Positions 13,040-26,399 of a DNA stretch of 64,000 nucleotides are shown here, one piece after another. This DNA comes from Amphiscolops sp. MND2022. Taxonomy: Eukaryota. Each line of letters opens with the position of its first letter. The stretch's first letter is position 1. The stretch is taken from positions 78,804,001-78,868,000 of the forward strand of contig OZ076409.1 in NCBI GenBank assembly GCA_964187785.1, in the 5' to 3' direction. A program made the position numbers and the translations under genes. The notes beneath the pieces were generated by a model. The model did no database searches. It was not told where the DNA came from and saw only the letters and a program-made list of their open reading frames with translations.

Positions 13040-15720
13040 GAGCCAAGTTGGCAATCTTGATTGCCGAATTTGCAGCAAAATAGTCAACAACACCCGCAAA
13101 TGCTCAATTTATTGACATAAGGCATCCAATTTCCAAAAAAACGAATACACTGAACAAAAACATTCACTGGCAACATCTAAAATGGCACAACCGTGCAATT
13201 CGAAACAAGACGGGAACGTCTAAAGTCGGCGCTATATCTAAGGCTCAAAATGCGCAAAAGATTTTTTTTAAAAAAAACTTGAAATTTTTGATTTTTTTTC
13301 TTTCAGAAAATGTCGCATAGTGCCGAAAAATGTAAAAGGGGAGACCCTTTGGGCATTATTAACATATATTCTGTTGCAAAATATCAAAAAACTCGAAAGG
13401 GGGACTCTTTTGAGACATTAAAAAATTTCCGAAAAAAGTCGCACAATGCCGAAAAAAAATCGAATCTATTAGTCTCGTCCTGTTTTGTAGGTTACGGTAA
13501 AAAAGTAAAAAATGAAAGGGGACCCTTTTGCCCTAATTTCCGCTGACCGGACCTTGCCTTATGCTAGTAGTTTCAGTACTTTCGATTGTAAGAAAAGTGG
13601 CCCAATCAGAGTGAGATTGTAGTCTGACGAAAAAAAAAGAAGAAAACAAGACGGGATCGTCTCAAGTCGGCGCCATATCTAAGGCTCAAAAATATTCAAA
13701 GAACAACTATTGGAAACATTTGGAAAAATTATTTTTTTCAAAAATTTTTTTTGAAATGTTTTTATCGAAAAAAAGTATTTTTTAAGAAAGTCGCACAATG
13801 CCGAAAAACTCCAAAAGAAGCCATTTAGGCTCATTAAACGTTTTTACAAACCGAAAACTTCAAAAAAATGCAAGGGGTTACCCTTTGATAGAATCCGAAA
13901 ATTTTCGAAAAAAAGTCGCATAGTGCCGAAAAAAACCCAAAGGGGGGACCCTTTGGTCTTACCTGCTGTACTTTTGGAAGCACAAAAGTATTATGGTTTG
14001 GTGCGAGAATCGAACCCCCTCTCTCCGGCTTCAGAAATTTAGTCGAAGATGAACAACAGAACAGATGAACAAATTGTTAAAAGTGGACCATTCAGAGTGA
14101 GATTGTAGGCTGAAAAAGAAAACAAGACGGGAACGTCCCAAGTCGGCGCCATATCTAAGGCTCAAAAAGCGTAAAACACTTTTTTTGGAAAAAAATTGAA
14201 ATTTTTGAAAAAAAAAATTCTTTCAAAAGAAGTCGCATAGTGCCGAAAAATGTAAAAGGGGGGACCCTTCTGGATTTATTAACAAACATTCCGTTGCAAA
14301 ATATCAAAAAACTCAAAGGGGGGACCCTTTGGGGACATTAAAAAATTTTCGAAAAAAAAGTCGCACAGTGCCGAAAAAAATCCAAAGGGGGGACCCTTTG
14401 GGCACGTCCGGTTGTGTATGTTTCCTTGAAAAAGTAAAAACTGAAAGGGGGACCCTTTGGAGTAAAGTTTGCCTTCTGCGCAGAATTGCAGAATTGTAAG
14501 AAAAGTGGACCACTCAGAGTGAGATTGTCAACTGAAAAAAACAAAAAAAAAAAACTACTCACTGTAAGAGTCGGGCTTTTTTCCTTAAGGGAAAAGGCGC
14601 CGACTAAAAAACTAGCCACTGTGTGAGTCGGGCACTTTTCCCTAGAAAAGCACCGACTAAAATGTCATGTGTTTACAACCTGGGTAAGAGTATGTGCAGC
14701 TGTAAAGTGGCATCTCAGTGTCAGTGACTGTCCAGCAATAAGTGACTTCGTTAAAGATATTGTAAAAAATGGTGGTGCCGTATCAATGCGAAAAGCCCTG
14801 ACCCCCTACCTGAAGGACTGCTTTCAATCATTTCGAAGAGGAAGATTAGTTTTCTATGATGAGACCGACGATTCGCTGGGTTGTTTTGTTGGTTGTGTTC
14901 ATATTGCCCCGTCATCAAACTGCCTGAACTTTATTCAGCATTCATCCAAAAAAAATTTCAATCAGGAGCCTTTTAATGACAGCAAAGTTAAACAACAAGT
15001 AATGTCAACTTTTCAAAATTATGAAGCTAGTGAATCAGGTGTTGTTGGTTTTTGTACCGATAATGCAGCTTACATGTTCAAATCCCACAATGCCGTTCTT
15101 AGAGCTATCATACCAAACTGTCAACAATTGACCTGTTAGGCTATATTTTGAATCTACAGATGCGAAATGTTTTCTTCCCGAGTTCAAATTATCTATCGAA
15201 TCAGCGCCCAGAATGAACAAATGTTCCACTCAATCAGAAGCGAAAGAGTACAGATACCAAACATTTTTAAACGATATTGGTGTCGCCGCTAAAAGGTGTT
15301 TTCAACCAGTTGCTTCAAGATGGACAACTGTTTTCAAGGCTATGGTTTATTGTCAGAGTATCTGAAATTTGAAAAAGCATTTTTGCAACCTGAGAGCTTC
15401 AATGAAATCGATGATTCACTAAAATGATTTTTTGAAGCTCGTTTCATCTAAAAAAGACCGAATCCATTCATTGGTATGAAACGTTTCGAGTCTAATGTAA
15501 GATATGAAGTGATAAATAAAATCCTGGCCCTGTCTAAAGTACAGTTTGAGGTTCAAGTCGGGTCAGTCAATGAAGTTTTGTTGCGTTCGCAGAAACTTTA
15601 ACGAGGGATGATAGATCTAATAAAAGTGGAAAAATCCAACATCTCAGAGCGGAGCGTAGAAAACTGAACAAGTACTTTGGAGAACATGGATGTCACCCAA
15701 GCCTCATGTTTTTTACAGCT
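13040..15720 (+). pseudogene. CGGBP1-like hAT transposase relic, interrupted by the HINE cluster at 13204-14662
   Basis: N-terminal zinc finger LDCRICSKIVNNTRKCSIY*HKAS (13055-13130), continuing after the insert with WVRVCAAV..., DETDDSLG, TDNAAYM, PNCQQLTC, PVASRWTTVF, and a degenerate SERS near 15650. Confidence 0.7.
13204..14662 (-). mobile_element. Nested/composite cluster of three HINE-like elements
   Basis: Three hairpin ends (aacaag at 13204, 13645, 14121) but only two subTIR ends (~14610, ~14662). Each inner copy sits in the A-tract of the outer one. Confidence 0.85.
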
Positions 15721-18299
15721 GTGAAGTTTTTGAATCCTCGTGAGAGTAAAAGCTTTACAAAAACTCCAACGCTGTACCTACCAGTGTTGAGCAATATTCC
15801 CGAATTAGAACTAAAATTGAAAAGAAGGTGTCAGCCGAGGCCCGAGCGGTTTTATTACATCCAAAAGGCCCTGTGGTGTTGCCCGAGGAGGCAGCGTAGC
15901 TTCTTCACCCGGTCAGTAAAGATTGAGCAGTCTTTGGTTGGCGTTCGGAACCGGACCATCAGGTGGTGACTTGTTCTTACGGTAACGCGGAGCCCTGTGG
16001 AGGCATATGCATCTAAGCTTATGCTCTTTTCAACGGTTGGCGGAGCGTGTAGGGGACGTGCTACACTTTTATCCAGTGTTTGGGGTGATGGGGGATGAGC
16101 CCATTAACAACTATCGCGATCTTGATAGCGGGCCTATGTGGCGAAGCCCAAATATTTATGTGGGAGAGGATTTTAACGGCCGATCCCAGAAACGTTCTGT
16201 TCAAAGGTCTTTGCAGTAGAACTGTTGCTTGATCTGCAGTTGCTGTTAAAAACCACAGCTACGTTTCGGAAGCCACATGTTGAGGTGAGCCTGAGCTACA
16301 TATTGACGCAATCTGTTGTCTGGGGTGAAGCTGTGGCTGTTCCAGCTTGACAAGGGATCCACTGAGCGCTTCATAATGCGGCGGGAAAACTTTTGTCATG
16401 GAGGCCCGGGGAAACTATCGTGATGCAAAGAAATATGGGGCACTGTGTCCTGACGGTGTCTGTGATGCCTGGTTTTGAGGACAGTGGTGCGCAGCTGACG
16501 TCGACAATTCTACAAGCTGGCCCTTTCCCTTTCAATAGGACTCGGGCAGCTTTGTGGTTGCTCCCAAGCGGCAGTACTGAGGGCTCCCAAAATGACTCCC
16601 AGAGAAGAGGAAGAGGCATCACAGGGCGAAGCAAGTTTGGCCGGGTGGAGCACCGAAACAAAAAGAAACAAATTGGCGAGCACCAGTCTTTGAAAAAATG
16701 ATAAGGTACATATGCAAGAGCTCCGGGTAGAATATCAATCATTTTACCCTATAAATAGAAAGCTACAGGAAAAGGAATAGAAGGATGTTCTGCTTGAGCG
16801 CGGCAATGAAAGAGGCCCGTATTTAAAAAACAGCCCTCGCGTTTATGAACGTAAGGCTTAAGTATAGGGCGGTGGTCTGAAGGGAAAAAAATAATGTCCC
16901 GGAAACTTACAAAAAATCGGCGGGACAGTATATCGAGGCTTTCATAACATTGAATGGAGAAAATGAGGGCGAAGAAAATGAGGGTCCAAGTAGGCGAAAC
17001 AACATTGGCGCTTATGTACGTTAAATGTGTGAATTTGGGGGGAAGCTAAAACTGAGATCCAGCCAGAAATGGCGAGGCACTGGGTGAAAATTGGGGTCCG
17101 CGTAGCCGGAAGTACCATATCGCTTATGTACGTGACGTGCGTGAGATAGAAAATAAAATAAACGACTAGAGACTTCAAACATGTATAATAATGATAGAAC
17201 GACACTCTTTTGTTGATGTTTGTATAGTATCATGTTTGTTGGGTTCGTTAGTAGCCTGATGCCTTTTGTGATTCATGTAGAAAAAGATACATTGGTTTGA
17301 ATTGATGTTATGTGAATAAAATATTGGTAGACGATCAATTGGTTTTCAACACCTGAAATTTGTTCTCTGTCCAAACAGAAAAAGCACCAAACTCCAATCA
17401 TAAGATTTAAAATACCCTAAATCCTGATGGTTGAATAAGGAACTTCAGAAAAATGATGTCATGGGCATTAAACGCATATGTCTGATGATGATCGTATTGG
17501 TCATACCGGCGGGAAGGGATGCGGTTTGATCGCACTCAATGTGCAACCATACACAAACAGTCATGAGAGAGCCAAGAGTTAGAGCGACTTCGCTGCCAAG
17601 GGCATGTTTGTTGTTGCAGAACGGAAAATTAACTGCACAAGACGACGAGTGTCAGCATAATGAGAAACGGAGAGAGAAATATGCCGTTTGGATAGCAGTC
17701 TGGGTAGTCGTGTTATTCATGCTGTTGTTAACACGAAATGTTTGAAGTGTCATCTACATAGAAACCGCTAGGGAGAGCAGTTAGGAAGATAAATGTTTGA
17801 AGAGTCACACAGAAGGGAAGCTAGTTGTATTGTTGTTGTTTTGCGATAGATTGATATGACAATTGTTTTAGCAGTATGAAGATATGACTGTGTATTTCGA
17901 TCAAATTGTGTGGTGTTTGAGCAAATGTCAAGAAGCAAATTATTGAAAGATCGAAAATAGAAACTTTTAAGTTTTAAACTTTAGTTTTATTAGTTCAGTC
18001 GCATTAACAGTTTTTGGTTGTTTTCGCCTGTTGTATGCGTTATGCGGTCTGCTTCTTTAGTAAAATTTGGACACATTGAGTTCGTAGGGTCGGACATAGT
18101 AAAATTGGGGGCAGTAGGCGATGGGTTCAACTGAGAAGGGGATAGGTCATTTCGAGAACGTAGATGACCTTTTTCATGGATCGAGTGGTTGAGCTGGGTT
18201 TTCAGGTATTCAAAATTACTGGTGGTCACCATCAAAACAGGTTGTGTTTTGACGATTCGGTGGGCGATGTTCATTCGAAATAGGAAGCGACGATGGGCG

Positions 18300-20160
18300 T
18301 GTAGAAATTATGAAATAAGTTAGACATCAAAACGTGTAGCACCGTTGAAATGATGCGACCGAGAGCTCCAAAACAAAGGTATGGGGTGCAACTTACTGTA
18401 TCATCAAACTTAGCAACAAGAGGAGGTAACACTGTTTTCATGTTAGCTGCGATAGGTTTTGCAAGTTCGACTAAGACTTCTGAGTGGCATCGTTTGTGTT
18501 AGGGGACCCCGAGTACTTTCGTCTGCTCTGAAACAAACTTCACAAGGCCGGCGTCAATTTTGGGTATATGGGTCTAGTCGGCAATAGGCGGAAACTCGCT
18601 GAACAGAAAAACCAGGGATCGGGTTGTTCTATATCCAACTGAGTAGGCACCGCATCCACACAGGTGGACCAATCGGAGCAAAGATGGACATTTGGGCCCT
18701 GCAACTCCTTTCAATACTGCAAGACTGATACAAACCTGGCATCCGGGCTTATGATTCAGACATCGACCTCGAGGACAAGCTATATGATTCTGTAAACAAA
18801 AAATTACGGCTGGCAATGAAAATGAACATGCGCCCAATGCCTAAAAACTGAGGTTTTTTCAAAGGCAAGGTTATGGTTTTGATTTGATACTCGTCAAAGC
18901 AGGAAGGACGTCTTCGGAGAAGAGAGTTGCCAGACAAGAGTCCATCGCCTTTTGCATAGGAAAGGACGAAAAATAAATGGAACAACATTTAGAACCAATA
19001 CATTCGTTCAAGTTAAAAGAGCTGCTTCGTGGCCACTCTTAGCTACTGCTATATTGTCGGTTTCTTTTTCCCACGCAGTAGCGATCAGAGAGTCATCAAG
19101 AGGCATAGGGATGGGGATTGCTTGGAAAATGTCAAGGAGGGTAGATTCCGAAGAAAGAGGAATCAAAAACGTAAGGTGCAGGCTAAAATCAGTTGATACT
19201 GTCTGTGACACTAACTTCGTCTCGTTGTAGGACATCAAGTTGTCGATGGGAATCAAAAATGATCTTTGATTAAAAGTCGGTGTGCCTGTAACAGCATTTG
19301 GTACATCACATCTTGCAGAATGGATGCGGAATCAGAGCAAGAGGAATCCTTCTGCCATCATAGAGGATGAGCTGCGGGGAGTCATCCGAAAGGAATAAAG
19401 GGATCTCTGATAGGTTAGACAACTGGTTGAAATCGCAGACAAAACAGAGTTCAGCAGAATGGCGTAGTATTTGGTTATTTCGCAAATGTAATAGAATTAG
19501 TCGCACTTACGAATGTAATTCATACATTCCTCCAACACAGCGAAACGAGTTTGCAAGGTGGTAGCATTAGCTTGTTGGACATGGAAGATACCATTTTGTG
19601 CTGCCTGGAGATCTTTATGTTCGTCGCCAATTATGTAAAACTTTTCGTTCATTGAGTTTTGTACCAAAGCCCAAGTGGAATTCATCGATAATGACGCGGC
19701 CTTTTTTTGCCAGTTTGTTGCTTAAGCCGGAACATCGTCCGGAAATACAGGATTTCTTGTCTTTTCGAGAATTACTGGAGCTCTTTTCGCTTTCGCGCGA
19801 GGGTTTCGCTGCTGTGGTTCTGGAGGAGCAACATTTCAGGGAACAAATCTGTGACTTCCCTTTGGAAGCTGCGAACATCCCTGAGGACACGTTGGTGTTC
19901 TTGCTGAACTTCATTTTACACGCAGTCGGAAGTGAAATTTGATTGCGTAATATTATTTTAAAGCAAGTAGGAGCCAAAAATAAGATGACTCAACAGTTGA
20001 TCTTTTTTGAGACAACTGTGGTGATGAAGAGATCGATGGCTACATCAAACTGGGTAAACAATAAAACACAGCTGGAGTGCCTCCAGCGGAAGATCAAACA
20101 TGGTGTTGGTCCTGCCGCCAAATCACAAAGGACAAACGATGACTAGAGGAATGAATTCAG
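18300..20160 (-). pseudogene. env-like fusion glycoprotein relic (errantivirus/baculovirus-F-like architecture)
   Basis: Hydrophobic N-terminus, Cys cluster, heptad-like segment (NSTWALVQNSMNEKFYIIGDEHKDLQAAQ...LEECMNYIRKCD), 'LTFLIPL...LDIFQAIPIPMP' motif, Cys-rich region and C-terminal hydrophobic segment (~18320-18390). Multiple frameshifts. Confidence 0.55.
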
Positions 20161-20599
20161 TTAATAGTAATGCGAGTCAAAGATCAGACAATGTTGATGT
20201 TTGAATGTCACAGCAAGTCAACAGGAAATGGGTATATGCGGGTGGTTATGCGGTCAAACAAACATGGGTTTTCAGGCAGAATTTCTGGGCGGATGTTAAC
20301 CAAAACCCTGAAAAGAATATGTGTGCAAACACGAGAGTTAGTGAGAGCGATTGACCAGAGGTCAAAGAAGGAGGGGAAACTTGCTTAGATCATTGAAAGG
20401 ACTTGAACAAGTGATCTTGAAAATGCAACAGGAGGCAAGAAGTAGCGACAAAATATTTTTCTAACCGAAAGATCTTTGAAGTAAAAAATATGCAGAAGAA
20501 AATGGTAAGATTGCTGTAAAGAGTTATTTTAAAAAGTATTTTACACTTCTTTCTTGGAACTCCGCGTGCTTCGCTGTGACGAATGAGATGCTTGATAGC

Positions 20600-23500
20600 C
20601 TCATGTCAAGTTTAAAGCTTTGCGTAGCTCGTAAGTGCGATTAGTTCCGAGACGAGGATCATCCCTAGGGGTGGTCAGTGAGGTAGGTGTTGTTGATGTA
20701 GTAGGTGTAACTGGTATGGCACGACTTGCGGCAAAAAAATTGTTTTCGACAGAGCAGAGCGTCCACTGAAATCAGGATAGTCATTTGTGTCCAGTTGGCT
20801 GGATCGATTTGGAGAGGGAAATTGTGTCTGTATCCTCGACTGTAACGGTTGTAGAATCGAAGAGCGGAGGAGGCTGTGTACATGTGCGTTGCTGTGCAGA
20901 AGGAGAAGGGGTGCATTGTGCTGTGTACCTGATGCGGTTAAATCCTGGGTATGTAGTACAGGTCCCAATTCTGAAGTGGGTGCTTGAGGAAGAGTGTGTG
21001 TAGCTGCTGGAATCTCGCATACCGGTATTGGTTCCTGTGCATGATCAACCTGAGCACAGGAGGCGGCGCGTAAGCCAAAAGTGACTATATTTGGTTGAAG
21101 AATCAGCGGAACCAGGCGATACAATTCCGCTAGTTTCCAATAAAACCACGTTCACCAGATTCACATTCATTCATCGTGTTTTAATCCCGAGTTTCCAGTG
21201 CACTTGACGATCCATCCACATACTGGAAGCCTTTGTCATTTGCGATGTATGAGTCTAAGTCTTTTCTCATAAACGAACTGAGGACACTAACGAACCTGCT
21301 TAGGCCTTGTGCCAAACGTTGAAAAGCCAAGGTAAACGATGCCAAAAGGAAACTCACACAAGAACAGCCATTTGAGTGCATGATTTGCCTGGCTGCAGTC
21401 AAGCTTAGCAAAGATGCTTTTGCCTGCAAAATGGGTGCCTGCATCAGCCATCGTAGTGATTGGAAGGTTGTTTGAGTCATAATCACGACGAAAAAGACAG
21501 TTGATTTTTCGCGGGTCTACCAGAAGTCGCAGTTTACTTGATGTTCCACTTGATGTGCGAAGAGCGGACTTGAGTGTTTTGAATAAGCCAGTGCTGTTAT
21601 TATACCAAAATACTGCATTTCTTCAAAATCGTGAGAAATTTCCCCGCACTAATTAATAGGCATCAGCAGACTCTAAGTGTAAACAGGGTCGTAGTACTCG
21701 GGAGTGAGTTTTAAAAAAAATGATCATAACCCCCAGCATCGGAAAACCGGAAATGTCATGAAAACCGATAAAAAGAGCTTCAACCTGTTCTTGTTTGGAG
21801 AACGACAGAATAGTTTTTCCTAATTACAGTATTTCAAAAACTTTTCGCCCTGTAGGTCGTCGAGTGTCTGGTAGCGTCAAGAACTGGGATCGGAAGAACG
21901 TTCCGGCGTTGGGAACCAGAAGTCGGATTATCCAAAGGTGCGAGAGTTGTGATTGTTTCGGTGTAAGTTGGGTAAAGTGCCCCACGGTTGTTTCCTTTGC
22001 CAGCGTAATCATGTAAATAGTGCAATTCAAAAATGCCATGGAGTTTGAAATTGAGTGATTTTTGGAAGAGAAGTCATACATAGTCACAGACCGGTTTTTC
22101 TCTGAAAGCTGGGTATTGGGTCGATAATACTTACTATGCTATCGGGGAGTTCTCTGGAGGGGACCACTGCAAAATTTTTGCCAATTAGGGTGGATTTGAA
22201 ATTTTTGGGTAGTTTTTAAAGCAAATATATGTTGGCTATAAATGTTACGTGGACTAACCTCGATCGACGTGATTTCACTTAGTTGAAATGTAAAGTCAGG
22301 ATCTTGCAATTTGCATCAACTAGCAAGTTTTTTTTCAAAAAAAGTACTCTAGTGATGGGTCCGTTCAGTTTTGGTATATAGACATTTGCAGTAAAAATAG
22401 GGAGTGTAAGTTCGACAGCCTCTAGGTGCGTACCGTTTCGCCATTTTAACAACCAAGGGATGGCTGTTTTCTCAAGTGTTTACACTCTGAGGAAATTGTG
22501 AGTTTAAGTTTTCAACTACACAGGCCGTAAAAGCAGAGGAGAATACACCAGTGATTACCAGAAAACATCAGAAAAGTTTCCAAACTTGAGAGGGCATAAA
22601 AAGTGATGTGGACAAAAATTACAAACTGAAATGAGGAGAGACTCACGCTGTAAAATTGGCGTATTCATTGTTTTGACTGTCAGTCGAATGGCACCTGTTG
22701 GTCCGGTTTGCGTGGTGGTTGTTGGCGGCAATACTGGATAGTATGGCCCTTTATCTTGCAGTTGTTGCAACGCGTTGATTGTAATTGTTCCAATTGTCGC
22801 CACCCAATATTTCAATTGTTGTTGTGGTTGTACTGTTTGTTGTAATCATTGTTCGGTATAGCAGTTTGACGATGTCATTTTGCCAGTTCCAGCAGTGCGA
22901 CTGAGTGTTACGCTGCTGTTGTTGACGGCCACCCCAACTGTGTTGTCCATCAGAGGTTTGTTGTGCGCTGCTAGTCTCACGTTTACGCATGGCTGTTTGG
23001 GTCTTTCCATTTTCTGTCAAAGATGCCAGCAATGTATCAACTTGAGACGATGAGAGCTCGTTAGAGGCCGAGCCACCGTCTTCTTCCGGGTATTGTTGAA
23101 AAATCATCACTCTGCGAGCTGCTCGTTCGCAGAGACCCTCGACCGTGTTAGTTTCGGGTAATGTGAGGAGATAAATTTTGAGTTCGTTGGAGAGCCCATC
23201 AATGAACAAAGCTTTTACACTGCAGTTGCGCTCATTGCCGCATTTTTATTCTGCCACAGCTCAGTTGCCATCAACTGCTGCTCGTGTTACAATATCTGGG
23301 AAGGCCAAGTTGGCCATTTGCTGTAGTTCGATTAGAAAATCAAGTACTGTTTATTTGAGGCAATATAGTTTCTTGTAGTAAACTTGAGTTTGTGTCACTC
23401 AAGCTGATTCACATATCTGTTGCGACGTACTTTCCCGCTGCATCAACCTTTTGTCAAGTAGCTTCTTACAATTGGTCGAAAAATGACAAGACTTTACATT

Positions 23501-23649
23501 GTCAGATGGCAAGTCAGATGTCTATTCGCTTCGTCTACTCCAGCATGTCCAATGCAGCTCCGTAGTTTGTCCTCGAACTGATTGAAATTATCATTTCCAA
23601 GTCCCGAGAAGGGTTACAAATTATTAAACGATTGCAACAACTGAGCCAT
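20600..23649 (-). pseudogene. gag-pol relic (gag, aspartic protease, RT; RNase H and integrase core deleted)
   Basis: gag starts MAQLLQSF..PFSG at 23649 and includes FIDGLSNELKIYLL. Protease FLVITGVFSSA (degenerate LVDTG, ~22550). RT FAKLDCSQA and AFQRLAQGLSR...FQYVDG (21210-21430). Confidence 0.75.
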
Positions 23650-26399
23650 TGTTCATGAAGAAAGTTTGAGCAATCAGTCAGATGATAGCTTTTGACGTAG
23701 TTTATGTCCAGCAATTGCCTGTCACCACGTGCAGAAGCCCGTATGTTTTAAGACATCCATAAAGGCTTTTTATTCGTGCGGTTTAATATTCCAGTTTCGT
23801 TAGTAATTTTATTTCAGGCGCGTATGTACGAAAGTAATTTTTACTTCTACCATTTTACAAAGAAAAAGTTTTATAATGCCGAAGTTATTTTTTTGGTGAA
23901 CTAGTTTGGAGCTCCAAATCTCCTGTGTGTCCCAAACTATCTAGCACCCACTGTTTGACACGTTTTTATTTCAGCCTCAAAATTAAATGTCGAGCATGGT
24001 AATTCCTGTTCGCATGATTGAACTAAATATCGCACCATATAAATTTTGTTTTATTGTTTGATGTCTCATATTCCTTCATATTTGGTGAGAGCATCTCCTT
24101 CAAGCATATGACGTCAGGGGCATGACAGACGGAAAACATGAGATTTTAATTCTTTCGGCCTTTTTGTGTAGGGAATAAAATCTTAATCTGTGTTGTGATT
24201 ATTCTCCAAATTCTGCCAAAACTCCATTTTTACTCCATTTTAAATTCAGTATTTTGTTTTAAGAAAGAGGAGACAGAGGTTCGGAAACAAGCGTTCCCAT
24301 TTGTATCTGATTTTTATTGTGTTTTTCTACGGAAGAATAAGACGATCAAAAAATATTGCGCTATATTCGGATTTTGACGTTATATCCGAAGTAAATTGAA
24401 TTTTGCTGTACCAAGGAGCAGGTAGATTTTTGATTTCCTTTTCCAATTGAAGGCGGAAAAATATCCCGTTGCATACCAGGGGTCATGTTTCTTTCAAAAA
24501 GTGTCAAGTTATGTTTGAGAGGTTGGTGATCCAATCACATTACCTCAAACATCTTCGAAAAAGACAAAAACAAATTCTCCCAAGCCTCGAAAATTTGCAT
24601 TTCATTAGGTCTTTTTCCCATAGTCCTCAGCGGACAAGATTTGCGGACATGGTAAATGATCGAAAATTACGGACAAAAGCAATGCATTTGCTAACAAAAC
24701 TGTTGCTTGATCAGGATCCATTACTTTACAAAGTTGTTTTTAAACATATTTGAATTAACAGACGTTCAGAGGGTGTAAAAATCTCGAAAATCAAAAGGAT
24801 TCTCAAGGTAGAGAAATAGTGAGTCTTTTGACGGAAAAACTACTTGAAACAAAATCAACCTGTTTAAAAGTAACAACAGAATCCTGCGCATATCATAACT
24901 CGCATTCAGCATAACCCTACAAAAGTCTTTTCCTCATAGATGAGCAGCCAAGCGATCACGTTAGCTTTACAGTTTATTCTCCGCAAGTGTTTTTCACTAT
25001 CGATTTTTCTTGCCCAGGCCCAGTCGATCTCAGGAACTCACGGCAAGGACCCTTCAAAGGCCTTAGGAGTATTGTCTTCCCTCTTAGAGGGGGAAATTGG
25101 TTCGGTGTATGTTTTATCGGAGGTGATTTGATCAGCAAAGAATTTAATAAAGGTAGTTGTTCACGAATTTGGTTCTTCATTCCGATTGATGAATTTTTGA
25201 CCTGAGTCTTTCCTGATCTCTCTCCTGATATATCAATTTCGTATTTCCAATTTCGTCGATAGTACTATGTGGATGAAACTCGGAAAACTGGCATTTTTTC
25301 ATTATCGTTTTATTCCTCGTTATTATTTGACACAATTTAATTATTCTTGATTTTTGGGATCTTGTTACGACCATAAGACCAGAATAGAGGTTTCAAGATC
25401 AATTTAAATAGTGAAGAGGGATAAGGAGAGATACATGTTGATTTTAGAAAAAAAAATGTGATGTAGTAGTAGTACGTTATAAAGTATGAAAGCACAATGA
25501 TTGCGCTCTCCTAATTGCTTTCGAACTTACCAGCGCTGGTCACGTGATTGCGTCACGTGACTGTTTCGGTCAATAGCGCAGCAGCGTTTGGTTGGTGTTT
25601 AAAAGCACTTCAGGTGGCAATTGCGCAATTTGCGTCTTATGGCAGCACTACTATGAAATATGATCATGGTGCGTTGCCATCGTTACATGAATCATTTATT
25701 AATACAAATGAGCAACAAGAGATAATTATTTACAATGAGGGTAATACAGCATTGCATGTTGTGGTTGTTGTGGTTAGTAGTGGTTATAGTTTCATTTTGA
25801 GTAATGGTATGAAATGTCACTGCATCAAATGGGTATGCTGTTTGTTGAATTTAATTGGAAAACATGTCTATATAAAGAAGTTTGAATATTTGTTTTACGA
25901 TGTAGTGTAGTTGACGGCATCTCCTTTCTCTTCATGTAACTCAAAAGTGCTATTTTTGTACTTCGATTTTCATTTCTCTTCGTGATGCGGTGTGTTTACC
26001 GCCTGCTTACGACATGACATACAGGACTGCTCTTTCTTCGACTTTGAGTACCTTGATTCTCGTTTTGCTCATGTCAGATGTTTTTTCGGGATGATTAGAA
26101 AATTAAGTCAAGCCTGCAAAACCTTCACATTTCATGAGGAACATCGGAGTTAAGTATTCGAAACTACCAACTAGGCTCTCGCGGTTGTAAGTTTTTCTTC
26201 GTCTTTTTTTCTGACTCGTTTATTGATTTTCAACTGTTTTTCAAGCCACTGGTATATCATGCTTTTTACACTTGGTCACGTTATACTTATCAAATGAATC
26301 CTTTACCATCTTTTCTGAATTCTCGCAACCAGGCAATTCACTGCAGCTTCTAACGTTGAATTTTTCAGATAAATTGAATTTTTTTACAAAAAAACTGTT

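Larger units (their letters stand above)
15829..23770 (-). mobile_element. Decayed Ty3/Gypsy LTR retrotransposon with env-like third ORF
   Basis: LTR end ..CA at 23730, then PBS TGGTGACAG; ~40-bp similarity between 23730-23768 and 15829-15870. Order gag, PR, RT, deletion, env-like ORF, extra region. Confidence 0.7.

Noticed and set aside
24469..26050. Decayed ORFs (MVVTRSQ...) possibly from a further mobile element
   Set aside because: No assignable domain motif or termini.
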